30,990 nucleotides of DNA, from contig JBKJJJ010000001.1 in assembly GCA_046598045.1 (NCBI GenBank), positions 1-30,990 on the forward strand, given 5' to 3'. This stretch comes from Candidatus Eiseniibacteriota bacterium. Lineage in GTDB: Bacteria; Eisenbacteria; RBG-16-71-46; DASYSL01. Positions 13,547 to 23,079 of the stretch are shown piece by piece; positions within the stretch are counted from its first letter, which is position 1, and every line of letters begins with the position of its first letter. The notes below the pieces were generated by a model. That model worked only from the letters and a program-made list of their open reading frames with translations. It had not been told where the DNA came from and made no database searches. The position numbers and the translations under genes were made by a program.

Positions 13547-14770
13547 CTACTCCTGCCTCAGCGCGACGATCGGGTCGAGCCGCGCGGCGCGCATCGCCGG
13601 ATAGATGCCGAAGATCAGGCCGATCGACGTCGACATGAGGAGCCCGAGCACGACCGCGATCACGCTCACCTCGGCCGGGAGCGGCGAGATCGCGGCCACG
13701 AACAGGGCGATGCCCGCGCCGAGGAACACGCCGATCGCCCCTCCCGTGAACGAGAGCGTGGCCGACTCCACCAGGAACTGCATGAGGATGTCGTGCTTGC
13801 GCGCGCCCAGCGCCTTGCGGATGCCGATCTCGCGCGTGCGCTCGGTGACCGAGACCAGCATGATGTTCATGATCACGATCCCGCCGACGACCAGCGAGAT
13901 GCCGGCGACGCCGACGAACACGATGAAGATCGCACCGGTCAGGCTGCGGTAGAGCTGCATGAACATCTCGGCGGTGGTGATGCCGAAGTCGTCGTCCTTG
14001 CCGGCCTCGACGTGGCGGCGCGCGCGCAGGATCGCGCGCGTCTCGTCCTGCGCGAGCTCGAACGTGGACGCGTCCTTGACCAGGACGCCGATCTCGAGCG
14101 AGCCCCGCCGGCCGTAGATCTTGTCGGAGGCGCCGAGCGGGACGATCACGAAGTTGTCCTGGCTCTGCCCGAGGAACGAGCCCTTCTTCTCGGCCACGCC
14201 GACGACGTCGAACGTGTTCGGGCCGATGCGCACCTCGCGGCCGAGCGCGTGCTGGTCCTTGAACAGCTTCTCCCACACGTCGAAGCCCAGCACGCATACG
14301 GCACGGCGACGCGAGATGTCGGCGGCGGTGAGGTGCCGGCCCTCCTGCAACTCGATGCGGTCGACCGCGACGTAGTCGCCCCACATGCCCTGGATCGGGA
14401 CGCGGCGCACGCGCTCGCTGCCGAAGCGCACGTCGGCGTTGCGCTCCTTCTTCGCACGCACCGCGTAGGCCAGGCGCGCAGTCGAAGCGACCGCCTCGGC
14501 GTCGGCGAGCTCGAGATCCTTGCGCTTGAGCGCTTCGATGTACTTGTCGTTATCGAGGATGAACCCGAACTTGTCGACCCAGAACACGTTCGCGCCCTGG
14601 GTGACGAGCTTCTCGGAGACGTACTTGTTCGCGCCCTGGATGAGCGAGATCAATGCGATCACGGCGGTCACGCCCACGATCGTGCCGAGCAGCGTGAGGA
14701 ACGAGCGCAGCTTGTTCGCGCGCAGGGCCTGGAGGGCGATCGAGGCGCTCTCGCGGAACTCCATCGCCAT
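13547..14770 (-). CDS. MacB/YknZ-family ABC transporter permease, second copy (alternative start at 14764)
   Basis: NKLRSFLTLLG, GGIVIMNIMLVSVTERTREIGIRKALGA, YPAMRAARLDPIVALRQE. Confidence 0.93.
   Translation of the reverse strand: MAMEFRESASIALQALRANKLRSFLTLLGTIVGVTAVIALISLIQGANKYVSEKLVTQGANVFWVDKFGFILDNDKYIEALKRKDLELADAEAVASTARLAYAVRAKKERNADVRFGSERVRRVPIQGMWGDYVAVDRIELQEGRHLTAADISRRRAVCVLGFDVWEKLFKDQHALGREVRIGPNTFDVVGVAEKKGSFLGQSQDNFVIVPLGASDKIYGRRGSLEIGVLVKDASTFELAQDETRAILRARRHVEAGKDDDFGITTAEMFMQLYRSLTGAIFIVFVGVAGISLVVGGIVIMNIMLVSVTERTREIGIRKALGARKHDILMQFLVESATLSFTGGAIGVFLGAGIALFVAAISPLPAEVSVIAVVLGLLMSTSIGLIFGIYPAMRAARLDPIVALRQE
13816..13870. repeat. 55-bp exact direct repeat, copy 2
   Basis: Identical to 12533-12587. 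Confidence 0.85.
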
Positions 14771-14772
14771 CG

Positions 14773-15528
<756 letters not shown>

Positions 15529-15529
15529 C

Positions 15530-16852
15530 TCAACCCCCCGCGCGGACGGTCACGCCGCCCTTGCCCTTCTTCTGGACCGCGACGCGGTCGCCGGGCTTGA
15601 GATCGCGCAGCACCTTGTAGGGACCGGTGATCACCTGCTCACCGGCCTTGAGCTCGCTCACCGGCAGGATCTGGATGTCGGTCTCGCTCGAGATGCCGGT
15701 CTTGACCTTGCGGAATTCCGCGTGGTCGGTGACCTTGACGAACACGCCCGTGAGCTCGCGCTTCTTGCGCGCCAGCGGGTCGGACTCGTCCTCGGCCGCC
15801 GCGGCGGCATCGCCGGTCTTGGGCGCTTTCGTGGTCTTCTTCTTCACGCCGCGCTTCTCGAGCTCCTCCGGCTGGCGCACGATGATCGCCTGGATCGGCA
15901 CCGCCAGCGCCTTGTCCGCGCGCTTGACCTCGATCTCGACGTCGGCGGTCATGCCCGGCCGGACCGCGGCGACGGTGTCGTGGAACAGCACCTTGACCTC
16001 GAAGTTGGTCTGCCCGCTCGCGCCGGTGGTATTGGTCTCGCGGCTCGCGCTGTTGCCCACCTCGGTCACCACGCCGGCGAACGACGTGTCGGGCAGCGCG
16101 TCGACCGTGATCTTCGCGGTCTGGCCCGGACGCACGTCCACGACGTCGGTCTCGTCGACATCGGCCTTGACCAGCATGCGCGAGATGTCGGCGACGGTCA
16201 GGATCTGCGTGCCGGCGTTGTTCATCGTGCCGGTCACCACGATCTCGCCCTCCTCGATGTTGAGCGCGGTGATCTTGCCGTCGATCGGGGAACGGTAGGT
16301 GGTCTTCGAAAGGTTGTCGCGGGCGCCGGTGAGCGCCGCGGAGAGGCGCGCGGCGTCCTCGCGCGCGGCGTCGGCCGAGCTGCGCGCGCTCGAGTAGTCG
16401 TTCTCCGCCGTGTCCATCTCCTGGGTCGAGAGCAGCTTGCGTTCGAACAGGGCCTTGCGGCGCTCGTACTGCGACTGTGCGATCTTCCATGCGGACGCCG
16501 CCTGGGAGGAACGCGACCGCGCCGCCAGGAGCGAAGCCTGGGTCTGCCGCACGCTCGAGGCATACTGCGTGTTGTCGAGTTCGAGCAGCAACTGCCCGCG
16601 CTTGACGTCGTCGCCCTCGTGCACGGCGAGGCGCACGACGCGTCCCGGAATGTCCGCGCTGATCTTGACGATCGTGCGCGGCTCGATCGCCCCGGGCGCC
16701 TTGACCGTCATCACGACGTCCTTGAGACGCGCCGCGGTGACCGTGACCGAGCTCGTCTTGCCGCGCCGGCTCTGCATCGCCCCGAAGAGCGACAGGACGA
16801 CCACCAGCCCGCCGGCTCCGATCCAGAACCACTTGTTCTTGAACAGCTTCAT
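15530..16852 (-). CDS. Efflux periplasmic adaptor / membrane fusion protein (MacA/YknX-like)
   Basis: N-terminal TM, lipoyl halves ([29 protein letters not shown]), helical hairpin, VDETDV, VRPGMTA. Confidence 0.93.
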   Translation of the reverse strand: MKLFKNKWFWIGAGGLVVVLSLFGAMQSRRGKTSSVTVTAARLKDVVMTVKAPGAIEPRTIVKISADIPGRVVRLAVHEGDDVKRGQLLLELDNTQYASSVRQTQASLLAARSRSSQAASAWKIAQSQYERRKALFERKLLSTQEMDTAENDYSSARSSADAAREDAARLSAALTGARDNLSKTTYRSPIDGKITALNIEEGEIVVTGTMNNAGTQILTVADISRMLVKADVDETDVVDVRPGQTAKITVDALPDTSFAGVVTEVGNSASRETNTTGASGQTNFEVKVLFHDTVAAVRPGMTADVEIEVKRADKALAVPIQAIIVRQPEELEKRGVKKKTTKAPKTGDAAAAAEDESDPLARKKRELTGVFVKVTDHAEFRKVKTGISSETDIQILPVSELKAGEQVITGPYKVLRDLKPGDRVAVQKKGKGGVTVRAGG

Positions 16853-16886
16853 GCGTGCGTTCGCTCCGGGGTCGAGGGAGTGGAGT

Positions 16887-18257
16887 CTACAGGCGCACGC
16901 CGCGGGCGCGTTCGATCTGCGCCTCCGCGATCCGGGCCTGGGTCAACGCCACGACGTATTGCTGGCGCGCCTTCTGCAGGTTCACCTGCGCGTCGAGGAG
17001 CTCGAGGATCGTGCCCGACCCGACGTTGTACTTTTCCTGCGAGAGCTTGAGGTCTTCCTCCGCGGAGGCGAGCCCGTCCTTCGCCACGTCCACGCCCTCG
17101 TTCGCCTGGCGGGCGGCGCTGATCGCCTCGCGCACCTCGACCTGGACGTCGAGCTTCTTCTTCTCGTAGGCGTAGCGATCCTGCTCGGCGTGCGCCTGCG
17201 CGGTCTGGATCTGGCCCTTCTTGCCCACGACGCCGTCGAGCAGCGGGAAGGAGAAGCCAACTGCCGCGCTACGCGTGCCGTCGTCGAACCCGGCGAACGG
17301 CTGGAGACCGGTCGAGTTGCCGTTCGAGAACGCGATCTGCCCGCCGATCGAGGGCAGGAACGAAGCCCGAGCCGCGCCGGCCCGGGACTTCGAGGCCTCC
17401 CACGAGCGTAGCGCCGCCTGCAGGTCCGCGCGGTTGGCGGTCGCTTCCTGGAAGATCGCGGTCGAGTCCACGGCGACCTTGGTTTCCGTCAGCAGATCCG
17501 AGGCATGCAGGTCGTCCGACGGGGCCTGGCCGAGGATGCGCGCCAGCCGCGCGCGCTCGTTGACCACGTTGCCGCGGCCCCGGATCACGTCGAGCTTGCC
17601 GTTGGCCACGCGCACCTGGGCCTTGAGCACGTCGCTCTTGGCGACCATCCCGAGCTCGAACAGGCTCTGGGTGCGCTGCAGTTCGCGGTCGGACAGGGCG
17701 AGCGCCGAGTCCGAGACCGATGCCAGGTCCTGGGCCGCGACCAGCGCGTAGTACTGCTGCTTGACCCCGAGGACGAGGTCGGAGCGGGAGAACTCATGGG
17801 AGAGCTTGCTGGCCTGAAGTTCCTTACCGGCGGCCGAGATATTGCGCATGGAGGCGATGTCGATCAGGTTCTGGCTCAGGACATAACGCACGCCGTAGTT
17901 GTCCTGCGAGCCGGCGATGAACGACTGCGTGGCCGGGTCGAAGTAACCCTGCGGATTGAAGCTGTGCGAGTACGACCCACTGGCGCTGATCCGCGGCAGG
18001 TAGCTCTGCAGCGCCTGCTTCTTCAGGCCGGAAGCTGCGTTGACGTTCTCGCCCGAAGTCAGCAGGTCCTGGTTGCGCTCGAGCGCGAGCTTGACGGCCT
18101 GGTCCACGCTGAGGTCCCCGCGCATGGGCGCGTTGTCCTGCGCCCCCGCATTCCCGGCCGCGGCGAGGCCGGCAACCGCCGCGAGGACCAGGAGGGACTG
18201 GGCGAACCGCTTGGGACGAGCGCTCCGGTCCGGCGTTGCGCGAGGATACATCGACAT
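16887..18257 (-). CDS. TolC-family outer membrane efflux protein
   Basis: Signal peptide, LSVDQAVKLALERN, two OEP repeats (FELGMVAKSDVLKAQ; YNVGSGTILELLDAQ); AGGAGG RBS before ATG 18257. Confidence 0.93.
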   Translation of the reverse strand: MSMYPRATPDRSARPKRFAQSLLVLAAVAGLAAAGNAGAQDNAPMRGDLSVDQAVKLALERNQDLLTSGENVNAASGLKKQALQSYLPRISASGSYSHSFNPQGYFDPATQSFIAGSQDNYGVRYVLSQNLIDIASMRNISAAGKELQASKLSHEFSRSDLVLGVKQQYYALVAAQDLASVSDSALALSDRELQRTQSLFELGMVAKSDVLKAQVRVANGKLDVIRGRGNVVNERARLARILGQAPSDDLHASDLLTETKVAVDSTAIFQEATANRADLQAALRSWEASKSRAGAARASFLPSIGGQIAFSNGNSTGLQPFAGFDDGTRSAAVGFSFPLLDGVVGKKGQIQTAQAHAEQDRYAYEKKKLDVQVEVREAISAARQANEGVDVAKDGLASAEEDLKLSQEKYNVGSGTILELLDAQVNLQKARQQYVVALTQARIAEAQIERARGVRL

Positions 18258-18314
18258 CCGTTGCCTCCTTACGAGGGTCACCAGGGCCTCGAGTTCAAAC
18301 TGCCACAGCCTGCC

Positions 18315-18342
18315 TTACGGGATTGTGCATCGGGGAGTTGCC
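18315..18342 (-). promoter_or_regulatory. Candidate ECF-sigma promoter upstream of tolC
   Basis: Minus strand GGCAAC-17 nt-CGTAA, matching the common ECF AAC...CGT architecture. Confidence 0.35.
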
Positions 18343-18365
18343 CACTCTTGGATGCAGCCCGGGGC

Positions 18366-19085
18366 TCAATTCGGCAGGATACCGCCCACGACCCCGCCGA
18401 TGAGGGCCGTCAGGAGGAACAGCGTCCAGATCCCCAGGTTGGCCTTGGTCGTCGAGACGCGGGCGATCACCGCGACGCCGAGCGCGACGAGCGCGGTCTG
18501 CCAGAGCGCGAACAGGTCGAAATTCATCAACAGGGTCGACCAGAACTTCCCCAGGAATCCCTCGGCCGTCGCGATCGGGAAGAGCATGCCCGGCCCGACC
18601 GAGACCTTGGAACTCCTGGCGACGAATGCCAGCGGGATCTTGACCAGCGACGCCGGAATCACCAGCAAGCTGGTATGGGCAACGATCGAGAGCGATTGCT
18701 TGTAGCTCAGGCTCCCGCCGAGCATGAATGCGCCGACCAGCCAGACGAACAGCGCATAGGTCAGGAAGATCACCACCGCGACGATCGGCCCGAAGATGGC
18801 GGCGAAGAAGATGCCGTTCGAGGTCAACATGGCCTCGGCCTGCGCGGCATTGGGCGAGTCGGCGATGCGCTCGAGTTGCTCCGGGAGCATCACCGGGTTC
18901 CACAGGATGACCGCGAAGAGGACGATGCCGACCACGGTCACGAGCAGCGGGACGAACCACGACGGCCGTTTCTCGAGCTCCTCGAAGAGCGCCCGTGGAC
19001 TCGTGAACACCGCCATGAATCGACGCGGAAACGACCAGGGGGCCTCGTTGATCGAGGCCGGCTGCGGAACGGCGCTGTCTTCCAT
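18366..19085 (-). CDS. Yip1-domain (YknW-like) membrane protein
   Basis: VFTSPRALFEELEKRPSWFVPLL N-terminus, about 5 TM, FDLFALW motif; GGAGG RBS; first gene of the exporter cluster. Confidence 0.85.
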   Translation of the reverse strand: MEDSAVPQPASINEAPWSFPRRFMAVFTSPRALFEELEKRPSWFVPLLVTVVGIVLFAVILWNPVMLPEQLERIADSPNAAQAEAMLTSNGIFFAAIFGPIVAVVIFLTYALFVWLVGAFMLGGSLSYKQSLSIVAHTSLLVIPASLVKIPLAFVARSSKVSVGPGMLFPIATAEGFLGKFWSTLLMNFDLFALWQTALVALGVAVIARVSTTKANLGIWTLFLLTALIGGVVGGILPN

Positions 19086-19156
19086 GGATCCTCCGAAGGC
19101 GACGGGGATGGGCACCCTGGGGTCGCAGCCGGCACGGGGTGTTTGCAGCCCGCGCC

Positions 19157-19185
19157 AGACTAGGCGACCGGCCGGGGGACGTCAA
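19157..19185 (-). promoter_or_regulatory. Sigma70-type promoter for the Yip1-TolC-MFP-ABC cluster
   Basis: Minus strand TTGACG-17 nt-TAGTCT, about 70 bp upstream of the Yip1 ATG. Confidence 0.65.
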
Positions 19186-19260
19186 GACGCCCTCCCGGCG
19201 AAGCCATGGAATCACAAAGAGTTCACGCCGCGACTTCGCGCAGATTGAGGACCCGCGCGC

Positions 19261-19290
19261 AGCCGGGAGTGAGCACTTCCCCGACTTTTG
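19261..19290. terminator. Possible terminator hairpin just after the second tonB
   Basis: Imperfect inverted repeat agccgggagt-gagc-acttccccgact; the T-run is on the + strand only, so orientation is doubtful. Confidence 0.3.
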
Positions 19291-20043
19291 CTAGTGCAGC
19301 CGGAACACGATCGGGACCCGCACCCAGACCATGACCGGATGCCCGTCCGTCGTCGCAGGCGTGAAGATCCACTGCCGGGCCGCGGTCAGGGCGGCCTCGT
19401 CGAACAGGGACGCGTGCTTCTCCTCGATCTCGGCGCGGCGGATCCTCCCGTCCACGCCCACGAGCATGCGCACCTTGATCGCTCCCTCCATGCCTGCGTC
19501 GCGCGCCAGTGGCGGGTACACGGGGATGACCTTCGTCACCAGGCGGGGCAGGACCTCGACGAACGTGAATTCGTCCGGTCGTGGCTCCGCCACGCCTTCC
19601 CCACCCGCGCCCCCGGGGCCGTTGCCGGACGGGACGATCCCGCCGGGCTCCCCCGGCTGGACGCCGGCAAACGGTTGGGGGTTCGTGGGCGCGACCACGA
19701 CGCCCGGGTCGGGGATCTTCAACTCATCGACCGGGAGGACGACGCTCGGCTGCGTCGTCGCGGGAGCCGGAGGCACGAAGCCGCCGGATTCGACGACCAC
19801 TTTTCCCACAGGGTGTGGCGCCGGCGGATGAATGATCGGCACATCGATGACCCGCAGGACCGGCATCCCGCCCCGGAGTGCGATCTGGACGAGCAGGAAG
19901 GCGACCACGAGCGTGAGCATGGTGAGCGACGACATCGCCAGGCTGCGAGGCAGCTCGGCATCGGTTTCGGCGCGGCGCAGGCGCAGCATGTCGAGAGGAC
20001 CGCCGTCGTCGGCGCAGGCAGGGTGAGTTTGGACGAGTACCAT
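19291..20043 (-). CDS. tonB: Energy transducer TonB-family protein (copy 2)
   Basis: N-terminal TM, Pro/Gly-rich linker, TonB_C domain (PVYPPLARDAGMEG...VGVDGRI...AARQWIFTPA...VPIVFRL); GAGGAGG RBS. Confidence 0.88.
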   Translation of the reverse strand: MVLVQTHPACADDGGPLDMLRLRRAETDAELPRSLAMSSLTMLTLVVAFLLVQIALRGGMPVLRVIDVPIIHPPAPHPVGKVVVESGGFVPPAPATTQPSVVLPVDELKIPDPGVVVAPTNPQPFAGVQPGEPGGIVPSGNGPGGAGGEGVAEPRPDEFTFVEVLPRLVTKVIPVYPPLARDAGMEGAIKVRMLVGVDGRIRRAEIEEKHASLFDEAALTAARQWIFTPATTDGHPVMVWVRVPIVFRLH

Positions 20044-20209
20044 GGTGCATCCTCCTCATTCCCGGTCGAGGTTCGGGACCGCCCGGTCGGGCGAAGGCCG
20101 CGTGGTGCGGCCCCTGGAGGATGTCCGCCGCGCAAGGGGAGGCGCGGTTGTGAGGCGGGCCCGGCATCCCGCGCCGCGCACGGGGCGCGACGCGGGAGCG
20201 GGAACGCGA

Positions 20210-20938
20210 CTAGTGTAGCGAGAACTTCACCGGGACCGCAACCCAAACCGCCACCGGCTTGTTGTTCGAGAGCGCGGGCTTGAAGACCCAGCGCTTGACC
20301 GCCGCGACTGCGGCGTCGTCGAACACCGGCACCGGCTTGACGACCTTGGTGTCCTTGACGCGTCCGTCCTTGCCGACGAGCGCCTGCACCACGACCGTGC
20401 CCTCCATGTTCGACTGGCGGGCGATGTCCGGATACTCCGGCTGGATCTTGGTGATCGCCTCGGGCAGCTCCTCGACATAGACGTACTCGCCGAAATTCGG
20501 CAGCGCGTCCGAGGGCGGGGCGATCACGAGCGAATCGCCGCCCGCTGACTCGCCGGAGCCGATCGCCTGGGACAGCTCCTCCTGCGTGGCGATCGTCTGC
20601 TCTTCCTGCACCTGTTCGTCCGCGGTCGGCAACGGAATGCCGGCCGTGGGCTGGGCCGCCGGCGCCGCGACCGTCACGGTCGGCGGCGTCTGCTGCAACG
20701 ACGGCGGCGCCTGGAGCTCGCGATACGGCACCGTCACCACGCGCTCATTCTGCGGCACGTTGCGCTGGGCGAGCAGGATCAGGAGGATGATCACGATCAC
20801 GCTCAGGTGCCCCATCGCCGACAAGGTCAGGGCCTTCTTCAGGTTCTCGCTCTGGTAGGCGCGAACTTCCCTGAGATGCTCGAGCTCGCCTTCCTCCAAC
20901 TCGAAGCCTTGCGGCATCGTGTGGGTCATCGTGCTCAC
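20210..20938 (-). CDS. tonB: Energy transducer TonB-family protein (copy 1)
   Basis: TM with S-x3-H motif (LSAMGHLSV), Pro-rich linker, TonB_C domain (PEYPDIARQSNMEG...VGKDGRV...VKRWVFKPA); GTGA overlap with exbD. Confidence 0.92.
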   Translation of the reverse strand: MSTMTHTMPQGFELEEGELEHLREVRAYQSENLKKALTLSAMGHLSVIVIILLILLAQRNVPQNERVVTVPYRELQAPPSLQQTPPTVTVAAPAAQPTAGIPLPTADEQVQEEQTIATQEELSQAIGSGESAGGDSLVIAPPSDALPNFGEYVYVEELPEAITKIQPEYPDIARQSNMEGTVVVQALVGKDGRVKDTKVVKPVPVFDDAAVAAVKRWVFKPALSNNKPVAVWVAVPVKFSLH

Positions 20939-21414
20939 TGGCCTCCCACCTCCTTCTTGTCCTCTTCGGTCATGGGAGCGAGCGCGAAGCGGGTCATCTT
21001 CAGCGAATCGAGCTCATCAATGATGTCCACCATGGCGTGGAAGCGCGCCTCGGGGTGGATCTTGATCACGACCACGATCCTGTTCGGATTCTTGTCGCGC
21101 TCGCGCTTGAACACGGCGGGCATTTCCGACCACGCGGTCTCGGTCGACGGATTCTCGCCGACCTGCCACTTGTACCGCTCCCCCGGAAGGGCGAACACCG
21201 TGAGGATGTTCGACTTCGCGATGGGAACGGGCGGGTTGTCCTTCGGCGGCAGGTTGATCTCCAGCGCCTGGGGCGTACGGAACACCGTCGTGACCATGAA
21301 GAAAATCAGGAGCAGGAACGCGACGTCGACCAGCGGCGTCATGTCGATGCGAATCCCGACCCGGCGTTTCTTGCCTTTTCCGCCTGAGGGTGCGGGGGTG
21401 TCTACAGCGCCCAT
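20935..21414 (-). CDS. exbD: ExbD/TolR-family protein (copy 2)
   Basis: IDMTPLVDVAFLLLIFFMVTT with the conserved Asp; C-terminal ARFHAMVDIIDEL. Confidence 0.92.
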   Translation of the reverse strand: MGAVDTPAPSGGKGKKRRVGIRIDMTPLVDVAFLLLIFFMVTTVFRTPQALEINLPPKDNPPVPIAKSNILTVFALPGERYKWQVGENPSTETAWSEMPAVFKRERDKNPNRIVVVIKIHPEARFHAMVDIIDELDSLKMTRFALAPMTEEDKKEVGGQ

Positions 21415-21435
21415 GTCCTCACCTCCTCCCGATGG

Positions 21436-21894
21436 TCAACCGGCTGCCGGAGCGGGCTTCGCGCCCTTCTTCTTGGCATCGGTGACGATGTTGAAACGAT
21501 TCGCGTTCTGGTTCTGCAGTTCCTTCATGATCGACTCGACCACGCCGAACGGCGCGTCCTTGTCGGCCTTGAGGAGCACGTAAGCCGAAGGATCGGCGTA
21601 ACGCGCGGTCTGCAGCCAGCCCCCGAAGGTGGATGCGTCGACGATCTGGTCCTTCTTCTCCCGGCGCTCGACGAACTCGAGCCGGATGCGACCCTCGCGG
21701 GTCACGTTTGCCGTGATGATGTGCGACTCCGGCTTCTTGAATTCCGACGCCGAGGCCGGGAGCGTGATCTGCTCCTTCTCCGGCGGCTGGAACTGCGTCG
21801 TGGTCATGAAGAAGATGAGGAGCAGGAACGCCACGTCGACCAACGGCGTCATGTCGATCGCGATGCCGATCCGCTTGGACTTGATCTTGGACAT
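21436..21894 (-). CDS. exbD: ExbD/TolR-family protein (copy 1)
   Basis: IDMTPLVDVAFLLLIFFMTTT; LKADKDAPFGVVESIM. Confidence 0.92.
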   Translation of the reverse strand: MSKIKSKRIGIAIDMTPLVDVAFLLLIFFMTTTQFQPPEKEQITLPASASEFKKPESHIITANVTREGRIRLEFVERREKKDQIVDASTFGGWLQTARYADPSAYVLLKADKDAPFGVVESIMKELQNQNANRFNIVTDAKKKGAKPAPAAG

Positions 21895-21918
21895 AGTGCT
21901 TTCCCCGGGCGGACCCGG

Positions 21919-22632
21919 CTACTCTGCCCGCGTCGAGAGGAACTGCACGGCCTCGAACGAAGCCTCGTCGATCATGTAGCTGAAGTTGTCGACCTTGGTC
22001 GAGAACACGTTGTAGAAGATGATGCCCACGATCGCGACCATGAGACCGCCGGCCGTGTTCACCAGGGCCTCGGAAATCCCGAGCGCCAGCTTGGCCGCGT
22101 CCACCGCACCCGAGGTGCCGAGCGCCGCGAACGAACGGATCATGCCGAGCACCGTGCCGAGCAGCCCGACCATGGTGGCGATCGACGCAATGGTCGACAG
22201 CGCGATCAGGTTGCGCTCGAGGAGCGGGCGCTCGAGCCCGTTCGCCTCTTCGATCGCTTCCTGCGTCTCGGTGATGACCTTGTCCTTGGCGAGACCGTCG
22301 GCCTTCGCGGACTTGAAGCGCTCGAGGCCGGCGCGAATGACGTTCGCGGCGGATCCACCCTGCTTCTTGCACGCGTCGATCGCAGCGTCGACGTCCCCGG
22401 TGGAGATCGTCTTCTTGACGGTGGTCAGGAACGCCGGCAGCGAGCCGCGGCCTGCCGCCTTGCGCAGCGAAATCGTGCGCTCGATGACGAACGTCACCAC
22501 CATGATCATCAGGAAGATCAGGCCGGCGACCAGCCAGCCGCCTTCCTTGATGTAGTTCGGCAGCTGCAGGTAGATGAGCCACGCGACGGCGAGAGCCCCG
22601 ATGAAGTAGAGCGGCCAGAGTAGCTGCTTCAC
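21919..22632 (-). CDS. exbB: MotA/TolQ/ExbB proton channel protein
   Basis: LSTIASIATMVGLLGTVLGMIRSF and LALGISEALVNTAGGL; AGGAGG RBS before GTG. Confidence 0.93.
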   Translation of the reverse strand: MKQLLWPLYFIGALAVAWLIYLQLPNYIKEGGWLVAGLIFLMIMVVTFVIERTISLRKAAGRGSLPAFLTTVKKTISTGDVDAAIDACKKQGGSAANVIRAGLERFKSAKADGLAKDKVITETQEAIEEANGLERPLLERNLIALSTIASIATMVGLLGTVLGMIRSFAALGTSGAVDAAKLALGISEALVNTAGGLMVAIVGIIFYNVFSTKVDNFSYMIDEASFEAVQFLSTRAE

Positions 22633-22699
22633 GAGTCGAATCCTCCTGGTACGTGCGTGGGCTTCGGCATGCGCCGGGCCCGGTGAAGGGGGATGGCTG

Positions 22700-23056
22700 T
22701 TACGACTTCGCCGGTCCCGACGCGAAGCTGGCGATCGCGGTCTCGACGTCGTCGTAGACGTCGAACACGAGCGAAAGCTTCGTGATCACGAAGATGTTCT
22801 TGATCCGGCTGTCGACCCGACAAAGCTTCATCTGGCCGCCACGACGCAGGTAATTCGTGTGCGCCGTGATGAGCACGCCCAGCGCCGTCGAGTTGATGTG
22901 CTGCGTCTCGCCGAGATCGATCAGGAGATGGAGGTTGCCCGCGGCCGACAGGTCGCGAATCAGCTTCTCCAGTTCGTCCGTCTCCTCCCCGCCCACGAGA
23001 TAGCCTCGCGGGGTCAGGATCTCGATGCCTTCGAGCGTCTTGCGCTTGACGTGCAT
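22700..23056 (-). CDS. STAS-domain anti-sigma-factor antagonist (RsbV/SpoIIAA-like)
   Basis: LLIDLGETQHINSTALGVL, GGQMKL, IKNIFVITKLSLVFDVYDDVETAIASF; 118 aa; GGAGG RBS. Confidence 0.9.
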   Translation of the reverse strand: MHVKRKTLEGIEILTPRGYLVGGEETDELEKLIRDLSAAGNLHLLIDLGETQHINSTALGVLITAHTNYLRRGGQMKLCRVDSRIKNIFVITKLSLVFDVYDDVETAIASFASGPAKS

Positions 23057-23079
23057 TCCCCTACCTCCCGTTGGTTCCC

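Noticed and set aside
19291..22632. Tol-Pal system or a bona fide Agl-Glt gliding motor
   Set aside because: No tolB, pal or cpoB and no recognisable glt genes; the transducers have TonB_C domains; similarity to AglRQS is only architectural
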